A DNA stretch of 32,000 nucleotides from Bacillus subtilis subsp. subtilis str. 168 (GCF_000009045.1 NC_000964.3:1020001-1052000); one strand, 5' to 3'. Counted from the first letter of the stretch, positions 1 to 10,091 are shown. Numbers and translations are program-made. Notes: generated by a model from the sequence alone, not told the origin.

Positions 1-11
1 AATTTTTAGAG

Positions 12-40
12 AAAACCCGTTCATTGGAACGGGTTTTTTT
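12..40. terminator. Rho-independent terminator (near-symmetric, potentially bidirectional)
   Basis: AAAACCCGTTC-ATTG-GAACGGGTTTTTTT hairpin followed by a T-run; lies just beyond the 3' end of citR. Confidence 0.85.
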
Positions 41-72
41 CATTAGACGGAGCACAGGCGTTTTGGTTGCTC

Positions 73-948
73 CTAAAAATGAAAATGTGATAAAAAATCC
101 AAGAACTTTTTTTCTTTCTTATTTTCATAAAGGGCAATCGCGTAAGCGCCGGCATAGGGCAGCTGTACAGACTGATAAGGAATTCTGATCATCTGTTTCT
201 CTGCTAACTCACGCTTTACTGTAGATAAAGGCAGAAATGAAACTCCGAGTCCTTCCTTGATAAACCGTTTCGTTATATGTGTTTGAGTGACCTTCATTGT
301 TCTCACAAATGGAAATGTCATTCTGACTTGACGGAGCAAGTCGTCCCAGTAATCAGGATGATTGTGGGTCAAAAGCAGGTATTGTTCGAGCACCTCTTTG
401 GCATCAATTTCGTTGTCTTCTATGAAACGCTTATCGGGCGGGGCAACAAGGACGACAGGGTCTTTGTATAAGCAGTGGCAGCTTAAAGAAGAAGACTGTA
501 CCTTTAAACAGCTTAGTCCGATATCTGCTTCCCCGGCTTTAATCAGTGACGCGATTTCCGCTGATTCGAAAATCGTAACCGCCATTTCTGTTTCCGTATT
601 CATTGCTGTGTACCGCTTCATGACAGAAGGAAGCACTGTATCTGCAATAAGCGGAGAAACCGCGAGCTGTAAGGTTTGAGAGTAGCCTTGTCTCACTCTG
701 TGAAGCTCTGCCATGCTGTTTTCATAATCATCAAGAAGCCTGAGCGCATACGGCAAATACGCCCTGCCTTCATCAGTCAGCTGGATTTGCCTGCCTTTAC
801 GCTCGAACAGCTTGCAGCTGATTTCTTTTTCTAATTGCTTGATATGTACGGTCACAGTAGGCTGAGATAAGAAAAGCGTTTCCGCCGTTTTTCGGAAGTT
901 CTCATATTTTGCAGCGGTCACAAAGGTGTGAAGCCATTTGAAATCCAT
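73..948 (-). CDS. citR: LysR-family transcriptional regulator, citrate synthase regulator CitR
   Basis: 291-aa ORF with N-terminal LysR HTH (MDFKWLHTFVTAAKYENFRKTAETLFLSQPTVTVHIKQLEKEI...); divergent from a citrate synthase gene. Confidence 0.93.
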   Translation of the reverse strand: MDFKWLHTFVTAAKYENFRKTAETLFLSQPTVTVHIKQLEKEISCKLFERKGRQIQLTDEGRAYLPYALRLLDDYENSMAELHRVRQGYSQTLQLAVSPLIADTVLPSVMKRYTAMNTETEMAVTIFESAEIASLIKAGEADIGLSCLKVQSSSLSCHCLYKDPVVLVAPPDKRFIEDNEIDAKEVLEQYLLLTHNHPDYWDDLLRQVRMTFPFVRTMKVTQTHITKRFIKEGLGVSFLPLSTVKRELAEKQMIRIPYQSVQLPYAGAYAIALYENKKEKKFLDFLSHFHF

Positions 949-1056
949 TTCTATTCTCCCTCTGATTAATATTTTTAATTAATTCCCTTTAAAATATTGA
1001 TTATTTTTTAAATATTATATTTACTATAATAACAGAAAAGGATAGGGGGAATACAA

Positions 1057-2157
1057 ATGGTACATTACGGATTAAAGGGAATTACATGTGTAGAAACATC
1101 CATCAGCCATATTGATGGTGAAAAAGGGCGTCTGATTTACAGAGGACATCATGCAAAAGACATCGCACTGAATCACAGCTTTGAAGAAGCGGCTTATTTG
1201 ATTTTATTTGGAAAACTGCCTTCAACTGAAGAATTGCAGGTATTTAAAGATAAGCTGGCTGCGGAACGGAATCTTCCGGAACATATTGAGCGCTTGATTC
1301 AATCACTGCCAAACAACATGGACGATATGTCGGTGCTGAGAACGGTTGTTTCAGCATTGGGGGAAAATACGTACACATTCCATCCGAAAACAGAGGAAGC
1401 AATCCGGCTGATTGCAATCACGCCTTCTATCATTGCATACAGAAAAAGATGGACGCGCGGTGAACAAGCAATTGCACCTTCTTCCCAGTACGGACATGTC
1501 GAAAACTACTATTATATGCTCACAGGTGAACAGCCTTCAGAGGCAAAAAAGAAAGCGCTTGAAACCTATATGATTCTGGCCACGGAGCACGGCATGAACG
1601 CATCGACTTTTTCGGCACGAGTCACGTTATCTACAGAGAGTGATTTAGTGTCAGCCGTCACGGCTGCTCTCGGTACGATGAAAGGTCCGCTGCACGGAGG
1701 TGCTCCTTCTGCGGTGACAAAAATGCTTGAAGACATTGGAGAAAAGGAACATGCTGAAGCATATCTGAAAGAAAAACTCGAAAAAGGAGAGCGCTTGATG
1801 GGATTCGGCCACAGGGTGTACAAAACAAAAGACCCGCGGGCAGAAGCTTTGAGACAGAAAGCAGAAGAGGTGGCCGGCAATGACCGTGATCTTGATCTTG
1901 CGCTGCATGTAGAAGCAGAAGCGATTCGTTTGCTAGAAATCTACAAACCGGGACGAAAGCTGTACACAAATGTTGAATTTTACGCAGCTGCAGTGATGAG
2001 GGCCATCGATTTTGACGATGAATTGTTTACTCCGACCTTTTCAGCAAGCCGAATGGTAGGGTGGTGCGCCCATGTACTGGAACAGGCAGAAAACAACATG
2101 ATTTTCCGCCCGTCAGCGCAATATACCGGTGCCATTCCCGAGGAAGTTCTTTCATAA
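1057..2157 (+). CDS. citA: Citrate synthase I
   Basis: 366-aa ORF with citrate synthase motifs ([49 protein letters not shown]); AGGATAGGGG upstream. Confidence 0.97.
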
Positions 2158-2168
2158 CATATTTTGGC

Positions 2169-2194
2169 GTTTATTCATTTCTGTCGTGTGGTAA
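2169..2194 (+). promoter_or_regulatory. Candidate SigB-type promoter of yhdF
   Basis: GTTTAT-N14-TGGTAA compared with SigB consensus GTTTAA-N12-15-GGGTAT (5/6 and 4/6). Confidence 0.4.
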
Positions 2195-2230
2195 CGTTCA
2201 GTATCAACCACATGTCTAGGAGTGATGAAT

Positions 2231-3100
2231 GTGAACCCAATGGACAGACAAACAGAAGGACAAGAACCGCAGCATCAGGACAGACAGCCGGGCATTGAGT
2301 CAAAAATGAATCCGCTGCCGCTGTCAGAGGACGAGGATTATCGAGGAAGCGGAAAACTGAAAGGAAAAGTTGCGATCATTACTGGAGGCGACAGCGGAAT
2401 AGGGAGAGCAGCAGCTATTGCCTTTGCTAAAGAGGGGGCTGATATCTCCATTCTATACTTAGACGAGCATTCGGACGCAGAGGAAACACGCAAACGGATC
2501 GAAAAGGAGAATGTCCGCTGCCTGCTTATCCCGGGAGATGTTGGGGACGAGAACCATTGTGAACAAGCTGTGCAGCAAACAGTGGACCATTTTGGTAAAC
2601 TCGATATCTTAGTGAACAACGCCGCTGAACAGCATCCCCAGGACAGCATTCTCAATATTTCAACAGAACAGCTGGAAAAAACCTTTCGCACAAATATTTT
2701 TTCCATGTTTCATATGACGAAGAAAGCTTTGCCTCACCTGCAAGAGGGGTGTGCCATTATTAATACGACATCGATTACCGCTTATGAAGGGGATACGGCG
2801 TTAATTGATTATTCCAGCACAAAGGGTGCGATTGTTTCCTTTACGCGTTCCATGGCGAAGTCGCTTGCAGATAAAGGCATCAGAGTGAATGCGGTGGCGC
2901 CCGGTCCGATTTGGACACCGCTTATTCCGGCGACATTCCCTGAGGAAAAAGTGAAACAGCACGGCTTGGATACCCCAATGGGAAGACCGGGACAGCCGGT
3001 TGAGCATGCAGGCGCCTATGTTCTGCTGGCGTCTGACGAATCTTCCTATATGACAGGGCAGACCATTCATGTGAATGGCGGCCGTTTTATTTCAACGTAA
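2231..3100 (+). CDS. yhdF: Short-chain dehydrogenase/reductase (general-stress SDR family)
   Basis: SDR motifs GKVAIITGGDSGIGRAAAIAFAKEGA, NNAAEQ, YSSTKGAIVSFT. GTG start at 2231 is preferred over the track start at 2222 because AGGAG (2218-2222) overlaps that start. Confidence 0.9.
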   Translation: MNPMDRQTEGQEPQHQDRQPGIESKMNPLPLSEDEDYRGSGKLKGKVAIITGGDSGIGRAAAIAFAKEGADISILYLDEHSDAEETRKRIEKENVRCLLIPGDVGDENHCEQAVQQTVDHFGKLDILVNNAAEQHPQDSILNISTEQLEKTFRTNIFSMFHMTKKALPHLQEGCAIINTTSITAYEGDTALIDYSSTKGAIVSFTRSMAKSLADKGIRVNAVAPGPIWTPLIPATFPEEKVKQHGLDTPMGRPGQPVEHAGAYVLLASDESSYMTGQTIHVNGGRFIST

Positions 3101-3106
3101 TCAACG

Positions 3107-3133
3107 AAAAACCAGCTCAAGAGCTGGTTTTTT
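3107..3133 (+). terminator. Rho-independent terminator after yhdF
   Basis: AAAAACCAGCTC-AA-GAGCTGGTTTTTT. Confidence 0.85.
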
Positions 3134-3168
3134 GTGTGGTGAAAAATTTCAAAATAAAAAATTTGTCG

Positions 3169-3183
3169 ATTTTTCTAACAATT
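3169..3183 (+). promoter_or_regulatory. CodY-like box upstream of bcaP
   Basis: ATTTTTCTAACAATT, 12/15 match to AATTTTCWGAAAATT. Confidence 0.55.
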
Positions 3184-3291
3184 TTGTTTTCATTTTTGCA
3201 ATTTTATATATAATATTGAGTAGGAGAAAGGAATGATTCGCGACCAGTACAAATATAGTAGAAAAAAAAGAATAATGACCATTGTTACTCA

Positions 3292-3306
3292 TGAATTCAG
3301 AAAATT
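3292..3306 (+). promoter_or_regulatory. Second CodY-like box upstream of bcaP
   Basis: TGAATTCAGAAAATT, 11/15 match to AATTTTCWGAAAATT with a perfect right half. Confidence 0.5.
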
Positions 3307-3349
3307 CAAATAAAATATATAAAAATAGATGATCGGGAGTTGAAGGGGA

Positions 3350-4747
3350 ATGAAAGGGAGCGTTTTTAGGAAGAAAAGCATTCAGGATTTAATCGCTGCG
3401 ACGAGCGGGGAAAAGTCTTTAAAAAGAGAATTAGGGGCATTTGATTTAACGTTGCTTGGAATCGGCGCCATTATTGGCACAGGGATTTTTGTTCTGACGG
3501 GAACAGGCGCAGTCACGGCCGGTCCCGGGCTGACGATTTCATTTGTTGTGGCGGCGTTGGCTTGTTTATTCGCCGCCCTGTCTTACGCGGAATTTGCGTC
3601 AAGTGTGCCTGTTTCAGGTTCGGTGTATACATTCACTTATGCGACATTGGGAGAGCTTATGGCCTTTATTATCGGGTGGGATTTAATTTTAGAATACATG
3701 CTGGCGGTAAGTGCAGTGTCGGTCGGCTGGTCTGGTTATTTCCAATCGTTTTTATCAGGGCTTGGCATTCATCTTCCGGTTGCTTTAACAGCGGCACCGG
3801 GCGCAGTGAAAGGCACCTTTACCCTGTTTAATCTTCCTGCATTCGTCATTGTAATGGCGATCACATATTTGCTTTATTTAGGCATCAAAGAATCAAAAAG
3901 AGTCAACAATATCATGGTTATCTTGAAGATACTGGTTGTTCTGCTGTTTATCGCGGTGGCAGCCGTTTACGTGAAGCCGCACAACTGGCAGCCGTTTATG
4001 CCAATGGGCTTTGGCGGCGTGTTCAGTGCAGCGGCGCTCGTATTCTTTGCTTTTATCGGATTTGACGCTGTATCCTCTGCTGCGGAAGAAACGAAAAATC
4101 CCGCGAAGGATCTGCCTAAAGGCATTATTTTCTCTTTACTGGTCTGCACGATTTTATATGTCACCGTATCAGCCATCATGACTGGGGTTATCCCGTTTGC
4201 TCAATTTGCGGGTGTGGATCATCCGGTTTCTCTTGTTCTTCAAAGCGCAGGGCAAAATTGGGTGGCAGGCATCATTGATATTGGCGCCGTGTTGGGAATG
4301 ACAACAGTTATGCTCGTGATGCTTTACGGGCAGACCCGCGTCATGTTTGCCATGTCGCGTGACGGACTTGTGCCGGGTTCACTTTCTAAAGTGCATCCAA
4401 AGCACAAAACACCTTATGTAGCCACTTGGTTTTTCGGAACGATGTCGGCGCTTCTCGGCTCACTTGTTCCGCTGGATGAACTTGCAAAGCTGGTGAACAT
4501 CGGGACGTTGTCGGCATTTGTCCTGATTTCTGTGGCAGTTATCGTTTTGAGAAAGAAACAGCCTGATCTTCCGAGAGCTTTTAAATGCCCGGGAGTTCCC
4601 GTGATCCCAGGCCTGGCGATTCTGTTCTGCCTGTTCTTGATTTTAAATCTGGGATGGGTGACGATTGTCCGCTTCCTAGTGTGGCTGTTAATCGGCTTGG
4701 TAATCTATTTCCTGTATTCAAGAAAGCATTCAAAATTAAATCAATAA
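3350..4747 (+). CDS. bcaP: APC-family branched-chain amino acid permease BcaP
   Basis: 465-aa, multi-TM APC transporter (LTLLGIGAIIGTGIFVLTGTGAVTAGPG, FFAFIGFDAVSSAAEETKNPAKDLP); GGGGA SD upstream; formerly yhdG. Confidence 0.92.
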   Translation: MKGSVFRKKSIQDLIAATSGEKSLKRELGAFDLTLLGIGAIIGTGIFVLTGTGAVTAGPGLTISFVVAALACLFAALSYAEFASSVPVSGSVYTFTYATLGELMAFIIGWDLILEYMLAVSAVSVGWSGYFQSFLSGLGIHLPVALTAAPGAVKGTFTLFNLPAFVIVMAITYLLYLGIKESKRVNNIMVILKILVVLLFIAVAAVYVKPHNWQPFMPMGFGGVFSAAALVFFAFIGFDAVSSAAEETKNPAKDLPKGIIFSLLVCTILYVTVSAIMTGVIPFAQFAGVDHPVSLVLQSAGQNWVAGIIDIGAVLGMTTVMLVMLYGQTRVMFAMSRDGLVPGSLSKVHPKHKTPYVATWFFGTMSALLGSLVPLDELAKLVNIGTLSAFVLISVAVIVLRKKQPDLPRAFKCPGVPVIPGLAILFCLFLILNLGWVTIVRFLVWLLIGLVIYFLYSRKHSKLNQ

Positions 4748-4864
4748 CCTTTTGATAAAGAGAGCGGCCATACAGGCCGCCTCTTTTCTGTTCTTGGCAA
4801 ATGAATCTATAGAAATGAAGACAAAAATAAGAGATAATATAGGCTGGAAAGGAAGTGACGTTTA

Positions 4865-6220
4865 TTGTCTGAGCAAAAACCAGTCCAATGGGCTTCGAAA
4901 ATTGGTTTCGTCATGGCAGCGGCCGGCTCGGCTATCGGCTTGGGCGCGATTTGGAAGTTCCCTTACGTAGCGGGGACCAATGGGGGAGGAGCCTTTTTTC
5001 TTATCTTCGTGTTATTTACCATCCTCTTAGGCTATCCGCTTTTGGTGGGGGAATTTATTTTTGGAAGACGGAACCAGACGAATGCCATTGATGCATATAA
5101 AAAAGAAGCGCCGCGATCAGCTTGGTTTCTTACGGGGTGGATCGGCGTAGCGGCGTGTTTCTTAGTGCTGTCGTTTTACAGTGTAATCGGGGGATGGATT
5201 TTGCTGTATATCGTGAAAACAGCGTCAGGATCACTGTCCGGGCTTTCTCAAGCACAGTATGGCGCTCTTTTTGCTTCTATTATCCAAAATCCGGTGCAGA
5301 CGCTCGCGGCTCAGCTTGTCTTTATGGCACTGACTGTACTCGTTGTCGCAAGAGGGGTTCAAAAAGGGATTGAACGGGTAAGCGCGGTGATGATGCCGAT
5401 TTTGTTTTTATTGTTTATTCTGCTCGTTCTTCGGTCTCTTACGCTTAATGGTGCAATGGAAGGCGTAAAGTTTCTGCTTGTGCCTCATTTCGGCGATCTG
5501 ACTCCGGAATCCATATTATTCGCGCTGGGACAGGCCTTCTTTACGTTAACACTGGGGGTTTCGGTGATGGTGACCTACAGCTCCTATTTGCCGAAAACAC
5601 AAAATATCCCTCGTTCGGCAGCCTCCATTGTCTTGATGAATATCATTGTGACACTCTTGGCAGGTTTGGCTATTTTTCCGGCGGTTTTCTCATTCGGTTT
5701 TCAGCCAAATGAAGGACCGACATTGCTGTTTACAGTGCTTCCGGCCGTTTTTGAACAGCTTCCGTTCGGCACATTGTTTTTTATCGGCTTTCTCGTTGCA
5801 TTTTTATTTGCAGCCTTAACCTCAGCATTTTCGATGGTTGAAATTATCGTTGCCACAATCGGAAAAGGGGACGAAAAGAAGAGAAAAAAACTGTCATGGA
5901 CGAGCGGGCTTTTGATCTTTTTGGTCGGAATCCCATGCTGCTTGTCTTATGGCGTTTTGAGTGATGTGCACCTATTTGGCAAAACGTTTTTTGATATTGC
6001 CGATTTTACCGTCAGCAATGTTTTGATGCCTTCAGGCGCTCTGTTAATTTCTCTATTTATCCCGCTGAAAATTTCGAAAAGCGAACTCTTGGCTGAAATG
6101 CGAAATGGATCAAATGCAGGTAAAGCATTCTTTTACACATGGTTTTATTTGCTTCGTTTTATCGTGCCGCTTGCCATTATTATCGTGTTCTTAAATTTAA
6201 TCGGAATTTTATCATTTTAA
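4865..6220 (+). CDS. yhdH: Neurotransmitter:sodium symporter (NSS/SNF) family transporter
   Basis: 451-aa ORF with NSS signature (WASKIGFVMAAAGSAIGLGAIWKFPYVAGTNGGGAFFLIF); TTG start preceded by GGAAAGGAAG. Confidence 0.9.
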   Translation: MSEQKPVQWASKIGFVMAAAGSAIGLGAIWKFPYVAGTNGGGAFFLIFVLFTILLGYPLLVGEFIFGRRNQTNAIDAYKKEAPRSAWFLTGWIGVAACFLVLSFYSVIGGWILLYIVKTASGSLSGLSQAQYGALFASIIQNPVQTLAAQLVFMALTVLVVARGVQKGIERVSAVMMPILFLLFILLVLRSLTLNGAMEGVKFLLVPHFGDLTPESILFALGQAFFTLTLGVSVMVTYSSYLPKTQNIPRSAASIVLMNIIVTLLAGLAIFPAVFSFGFQPNEGPTLLFTVLPAVFEQLPFGTLFFIGFLVAFLFAALTSAFSMVEIIVATIGKGDEKKRKKLSWTSGLLIFLVGIPCCLSYGVLSDVHLFGKTFFDIADFTVSNVLMPSGALLISLFIPLKISKSELLAEMRNGSNAGKAFFYTWFYLLRFIVPLAIIIVFLNLIGILSF

Positions 6221-6254
6221 AAAACAGGCTCCGTTTCCGGGGCCTGTTTTTTAT

Positions 6255-7664
6255 TTAATAAGATGATATCAACGGTGCCCATGCCGTTTTCAGTTTTTGG
6301 ATGCCGAGCCTGATGTCCTCTTCTGACAAACCGCCATAACCGATTAAGACAGAAGTAAAAGGCGTCTGTTCTATATATGAGGGAGACACGGGATAGAGGG
6401 TTACACCGTGGTCAGCGGCTGCTTGTATTGCTTCTTCCTCACTTGCTGGAAACAAAAGGCGCAGCAGAATGTGAAGCCCCGAGTTCTTACCGAGAATCTC
6501 AACGGTGTTTCCCAGTTCAGAGCGAATGGCTTCTAACAGGACAGCGTGTTTTTTTCGGTATAAGCTTCTCATTCTATTTATGTGTTTTTGCCACTCTCCG
6601 GTTTCGATGAAGTCTGCCAGTGCCAATTGCGAGTGGGCAGAAACGGTCTGCTTCATTAACTGAACATTGTTTTGGATCGGTTCCATGAGTTCAGGGGGCA
6701 CAATCATGAAGCTGAGCCGCAAGGAAGGCAGAAGTGACTTTGAAAAAGTGCCCAGATATATGACTCTGCCATTCGGATCAAGACCCTGTAAAGACGGAAT
6801 GGGATGGCCGCTGTAGCGAAATTCTCCATCGTAATCATCTTCTATAATGAATGAATTTGTTTCTGCCGCCCATGCCAGCAGCTCCTGTCTGCGGGTAATC
6901 GTCATAATGGTCCCAATCGGAAACTGATGCGAAGGAGTCGTATACATGAGATAAGGATTCTGACGGTAGAGCTCATCCGGCAGGACGCCTTCTGCATCAG
7001 AACAAATCGGAGTGACATCCATGTGATTTGCTTCAAACATCCTTCTTGAACGGTGAAAGCCCGGTTCTTCAAAGCCGATTTTTGTACCTGGCTTTAGCGA
7101 AAGGCAAAGATTTTGCAGAAGCACGGTGGTTCCTGCGCCGATGATAATCTGGCCGGGTTCACAATTTACTCCCCGAGACAGCCTGACGAATCGGGCAATC
7201 ATGTGCCTGAGTTCGTATTCTCCTTGAGGGTCGCCAGAGGTGTGAAACGATCCGGAATAGCGATCAAGACTTTTTACTATGCTTTTTCTCCATGCGTTAA
7301 AGGGAAAGAGGGTCGGATCAACGCTGCCCTGATGGAAGTCAATAGCAGGTGCGTTTTTTTGATGTAATCCCGGCTGTACAGACTGCTGAAAATGGTCAGG
7401 AGCTGTCGGGAATCCTGGTTCTACTTCCGCCGCGAACCAGCCGATTTTCGGCTTGCTTTTGACATAGCCCTCAGCAGTTAATTGCTCATAAGCTCGTTCT
7501 ATAGTTGCCGTGCTGACATCGAGCAAGCTGGAGAGCCTGCGTTTTGACGGAAGTCTTGTTCCCTTTGTGATTCGCGCATGTGAAATTTCTTGTTTAAAAA
7601 AGGTATAAAGCTGTTCATACAGCGGTGTTTTGCTCTTTTTATCAAGAAACGGCGTAATATCCAT
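6255..7664 (-). CDS. yhdI: MocR/GabR-type regulator (GntR HTH fused to aminotransferase-like domain)
   Basis: 469-aa ORF: N-terminal GntR wHTH (LYEQLYTFFKQEISHARITKGTRLPSKRRLSSLLDVSTATIERAYEQLTAEGY) and class-I aminotransferase fold including SYHTTPSHQFP-like and GTFSKSLLPSLRLSFM (PLP-lysine region). Confidence 0.9.
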   Translation of the reverse strand: MDITPFLDKKSKTPLYEQLYTFFKQEISHARITKGTRLPSKRRLSSLLDVSTATIERAYEQLTAEGYVKSKPKIGWFAAEVEPGFPTAPDHFQQSVQPGLHQKNAPAIDFHQGSVDPTLFPFNAWRKSIVKSLDRYSGSFHTSGDPQGEYELRHMIARFVRLSRGVNCEPGQIIIGAGTTVLLQNLCLSLKPGTKIGFEEPGFHRSRRMFEANHMDVTPICSDAEGVLPDELYRQNPYLMYTTPSHQFPIGTIMTITRRQELLAWAAETNSFIIEDDYDGEFRYSGHPIPSLQGLDPNGRVIYLGTFSKSLLPSLRLSFMIVPPELMEPIQNNVQLMKQTVSAHSQLALADFIETGEWQKHINRMRSLYRKKHAVLLEAIRSELGNTVEILGKNSGLHILLRLLFPASEEEAIQAAADHGVTLYPVSPSYIEQTPFTSVLIGYGGLSEEDIRLGIQKLKTAWAPLISSY

Positions 7665-7773
7665 CTCATGTCTCCTTTGTAGCTGGCATGGTCATTTTTT
7701 CTGATATTGGCTATTTGGCAAATGCCATTTATTAGCTATGATCATTGTAACGAAAGGAAAGGGGATTGAGAAG

Positions 7774-8202
7774 ATGATCCATATGAAACAATTAACCTCG
7801 AAAGAAGAATGGGCTGAGTCGTATCCGATTATGAGTGAATTGAGAACAGAACTGGATATAGAGACGTATTTACAAAGGCTTGAAGCCTGTGTGCAGAAAG
7901 AATCGTATATGCTGTTTGCCTTATATGAAAATACAGCAATCAGAGCGCTGTGCGGGGCTCTGCCGAGAGTTTCCATTCATAAAGGAGAGCACTTGTGGAT
8001 TGCGGATCTTGTTACAACGGCACCTTGCCGATCAAAGGGATACGGCAAAATGCTTTTGGATTATGCCTCAGACTGGGCGAGAAAAGCCGGACTCGGTTTT
8101 GTCAGTCTTTCATCTGGCCTTCAGCGTAAAGACGCACATCGATTTTATACAGATAAAATGGGTTTTACTATAGAAAGTTATTTGTTCCGAAAACCGGTAT
8201 AA
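7774..8202 (+). CDS. yhdJ: GNAT-family N-acetyltransferase
   Basis: 142-aa form starting MIHMKQLTSK; acetyl-CoA binding-like TAPCRSKGYGKMLLDYASDWARKAG; GGAAAGGGG SD upstream of ATG 7774. The ORF-track start at 7738 is upstream of this SD. Confidence 0.8.
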   Translation: MIHMKQLTSKEEWAESYPIMSELRTELDIETYLQRLEACVQKESYMLFALYENTAIRALCGALPRVSIHKGEHLWIADLVTTAPCRSKGYGKMLLDYASDWARKAGLGFVSLSSGLQRKDAHRFYTDKMGFTIESYLFRKPV

Positions 8203-8203
8203 C

Positions 8204-8234
8204 GAAAAAAGACGCCTGAAAAGGCGTCTTTTTT
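8204..8234. terminator. Shared convergent terminator yhdJ/yhdK
   Basis: GAAAAAAGACGCCTGAAAAGGCGTCTTTTTT. Confidence 0.85.
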
Positions 8235-8523
8235 AAAAGCCAAACTGTAAATTCGTATCTACAGATACAATGGTATACACACAAATAATCACAAAGAGAT
8301 TAAGGATGACGCCGAGCAGGCCTGGACCTGTGCGCCCTCTCTTGATGAAGAGTTCAACAACGCCGAACGGAACGGCAGCCATGGCGAACGGAAGCATTTG
8401 ATAGGAATAAAACGTGACGTTGCTGATAATGGCCAAATTCAGCAACAGCAGGGACAGAACCGCTGTCCCGACAGAGATCCAGCCGAATACATTGTGTTCT
8501 TTAAAAATTCTTACCAGTTCCAT
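8233..8523 (-). CDS. yhdK: Small membrane protein, negative regulator of SigM activity
   Basis: 96-aa, about 3 TM segments; 3' gene of the sigM-yhdL-yhdK operon, overlapping yhdL by 13 nt. Confidence 0.88.
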   Translation of the reverse strand: MELVRIFKEHNVFGWISVGTAVLSLLLLNLAIISNVTFYSYQMLPFAMAAVPFGVVELFIKRGRTGPGLLGVILNLFVIICVYTIVSVDTNLQFGF

Positions 8524-9587
8524 AATTCCACCTCGCCGACATTCGCTGATTTTACAGATTTATTTTTCAGCATGCGCTGGATTTCCTTGGTTGGCCCTGT
8601 AACGACCGAACCGTATACATTGACACCGTTTTTCTCTACATAATCTAATCGGTTATCTACATTCAGGTCTTTCCGTTTTGAAATGACCTGAGCCCATTTT
8701 TCGTGTTTGGACATGAATTTCAGGGCGTTGATAAACTGATCGCCATTCGACTTGCCTTTTGTATTAAGGGCGGCCAAGAACTTTGAATCCTTTCCAGGAT
8801 AGCCAAGAGGTTCTGTGGAAGCTGTCTTATTTGTGTTTTTCTCTGTTTCGATTGCGTTCCACAAAAAGCTCACATCATAGCCTTTGAATTTGTTATACAC
8901 GTCTTTTGTCGGATATGCACGGTCATATGAAAGGTAGACCTCTGATACCGTTCCTTCAGGCAATGTGCTTAACGTTTTTTCTGCTTTTGCGGTCGTTTGT
9001 TCAGACTTGTTTGAAGGATGTGTAAAGTAATGGCCGGTTTTATTCACTTCTAAGTCATAGTAGTTTACTGCCGGCGCTTTTACTTTGTTATAAAACATTT
9101 CAACCCGTTCATTCCCTACGGCAGCCGTCTTCGTGCCAATCTGCTTTTGCAGCGGGAATTCCGTATTCATTCCAAATAGCTTCACTTGGCTTTTCAGTCC
9201 GGAAGTATCAACAAGAACATTCGGCATGGTCAGGGCTACAGTGACTGCGGCAGTTTCCATAAACTCATTGCCGGTGCTGTGTTTTCCACCCATTCCGTAA
9301 TAGAGGTAGCTTCCCAGCGTACAAAGCGGCAAAATCATCAATGTCGAAATGACGGCAAGCACAGAAATTCGCAAATAAGACTTGCGTTTGCCGTAGGCTA
9401 AAATCGCTTTTTGTTTTTCAGGACTGATGCTGAGATCCCAATCGTTATCGTCCTCTAGTTCGCTGTCAATCAGTTCCTGATATACTTCAAGCTTCTCGAG
9501 TTCTTCCTCAAATGCAGTCATTTCCTGGTCGCTCATTTCCCCATTTTTATATTGATCAAAACGCTTTTTAAATTCTTCATTCATCAT
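8511..9587 (-). CDS. yhdL: Anti-SigM factor YhdL
   Basis: About 358 aa, acidic cytoplasmic N-terminus, one TM (YLRISVLAVISTLMILPLCTLGSYLYYGMG), extracellular C-terminal domain; overlaps the sigM 3' end. Confidence 0.9.
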   Translation of the reverse strand: MMNEEFKKRFDQYKNGEMSDQEMTAFEEELEKLEVYQELIDSELEDDNDWDLSISPEKQKAILAYGKRKSYLRISVLAVISTLMILPLCTLGSYLYYGMGGKHSTGNEFMETAAVTVALTMPNVLVDTSGLKSQVKLFGMNTEFPLQKQIGTKTAAVGNERVEMFYNKVKAPAVNYYDLEVNKTGHYFTHPSNKSEQTTAKAEKTLSTLPEGTVSEVYLSYDRAYPTKDVYNKFKGYDVSFLWNAIETEKNTNKTASTEPLGYPGKDSKFLAALNTKGKSNGDQFINALKFMSKHEKWAQVISKRKDLNVDNRLDYVEKNGVNVYGSVVTGPTKEIQRMLKNKSVKSANVGEVELWNW

Positions 9588-10068
9588 TAACACCTCTATT
9601 ATAAAGTGCTTTCAGCCGCTGTCTGGCACGAAATAAAACACTTTTAAAATTCGCCTCTGAAATATTCATAATATGGGATGCTTCTTTGTAGTTTAACTCT
9701 TTTAAATAATATAGCGTTAAGGCCTCCCGATAATTATCGGGGAGCTCGGACATATAACCAGTCAGCACTTCCTTTATCTCTACCTGATGGGCAGGACTTT
9801 GAACAGCATTTTGAAAGAGGCTTCCGATTAAGTCATCAGAAATGGTTACTTCTTTCTTATGCTTTCTGACGTAATCAATGAAGGCGTTTCGCGCCACTTG
9901 AAAAAGCCAGGGCTTTACTTTGCTGTGATCATAGGAGTGAATGTGTATGTATGCCCGCATAAAGGTTTCCTGCAGTAAGTCTTCAGCAAGATGCTTGTCT
10001 TTTGTCATGGAGAGCAGGAACCTGTAAACATCATTCATGTACATTTGGTAAATTTCATCGATCGTCAC
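9577..10068 (-). CDS. sigM: ECF RNA polymerase sigma factor SigM
   Basis: 163-aa with sigma-2 (LLSMTKDKHLAEDLLQETFMRAYIHIHSYDHSKVKPWLFQVARNAFIDYVRKHKK) and sigma-4 (LPDNYREALTLYYLKELNYKEASHIMNISEANFKSVLFRARQRLK). Confidence 0.95.
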   Translation of the reverse strand: MTIDEIYQMYMNDVYRFLLSMTKDKHLAEDLLQETFMRAYIHIHSYDHSKVKPWLFQVARNAFIDYVRKHKKEVTISDDLIGSLFQNAVQSPAHQVEIKEVLTGYMSELPDNYREALTLYYLKELNYKEASHIMNISEANFKSVLFRARQRLKALYNRGVNDE

Positions 10069-10091
10069 TGCCTTTTCTCCCCTCTATGTTA

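Noticed and set aside
1566-1880. Antisense ORFs inside citA (1566..1880, 1651..1908, 1658..1969)
   Set aside because: Shadow frames in a strongly conserved coding gene; no domain or SD.
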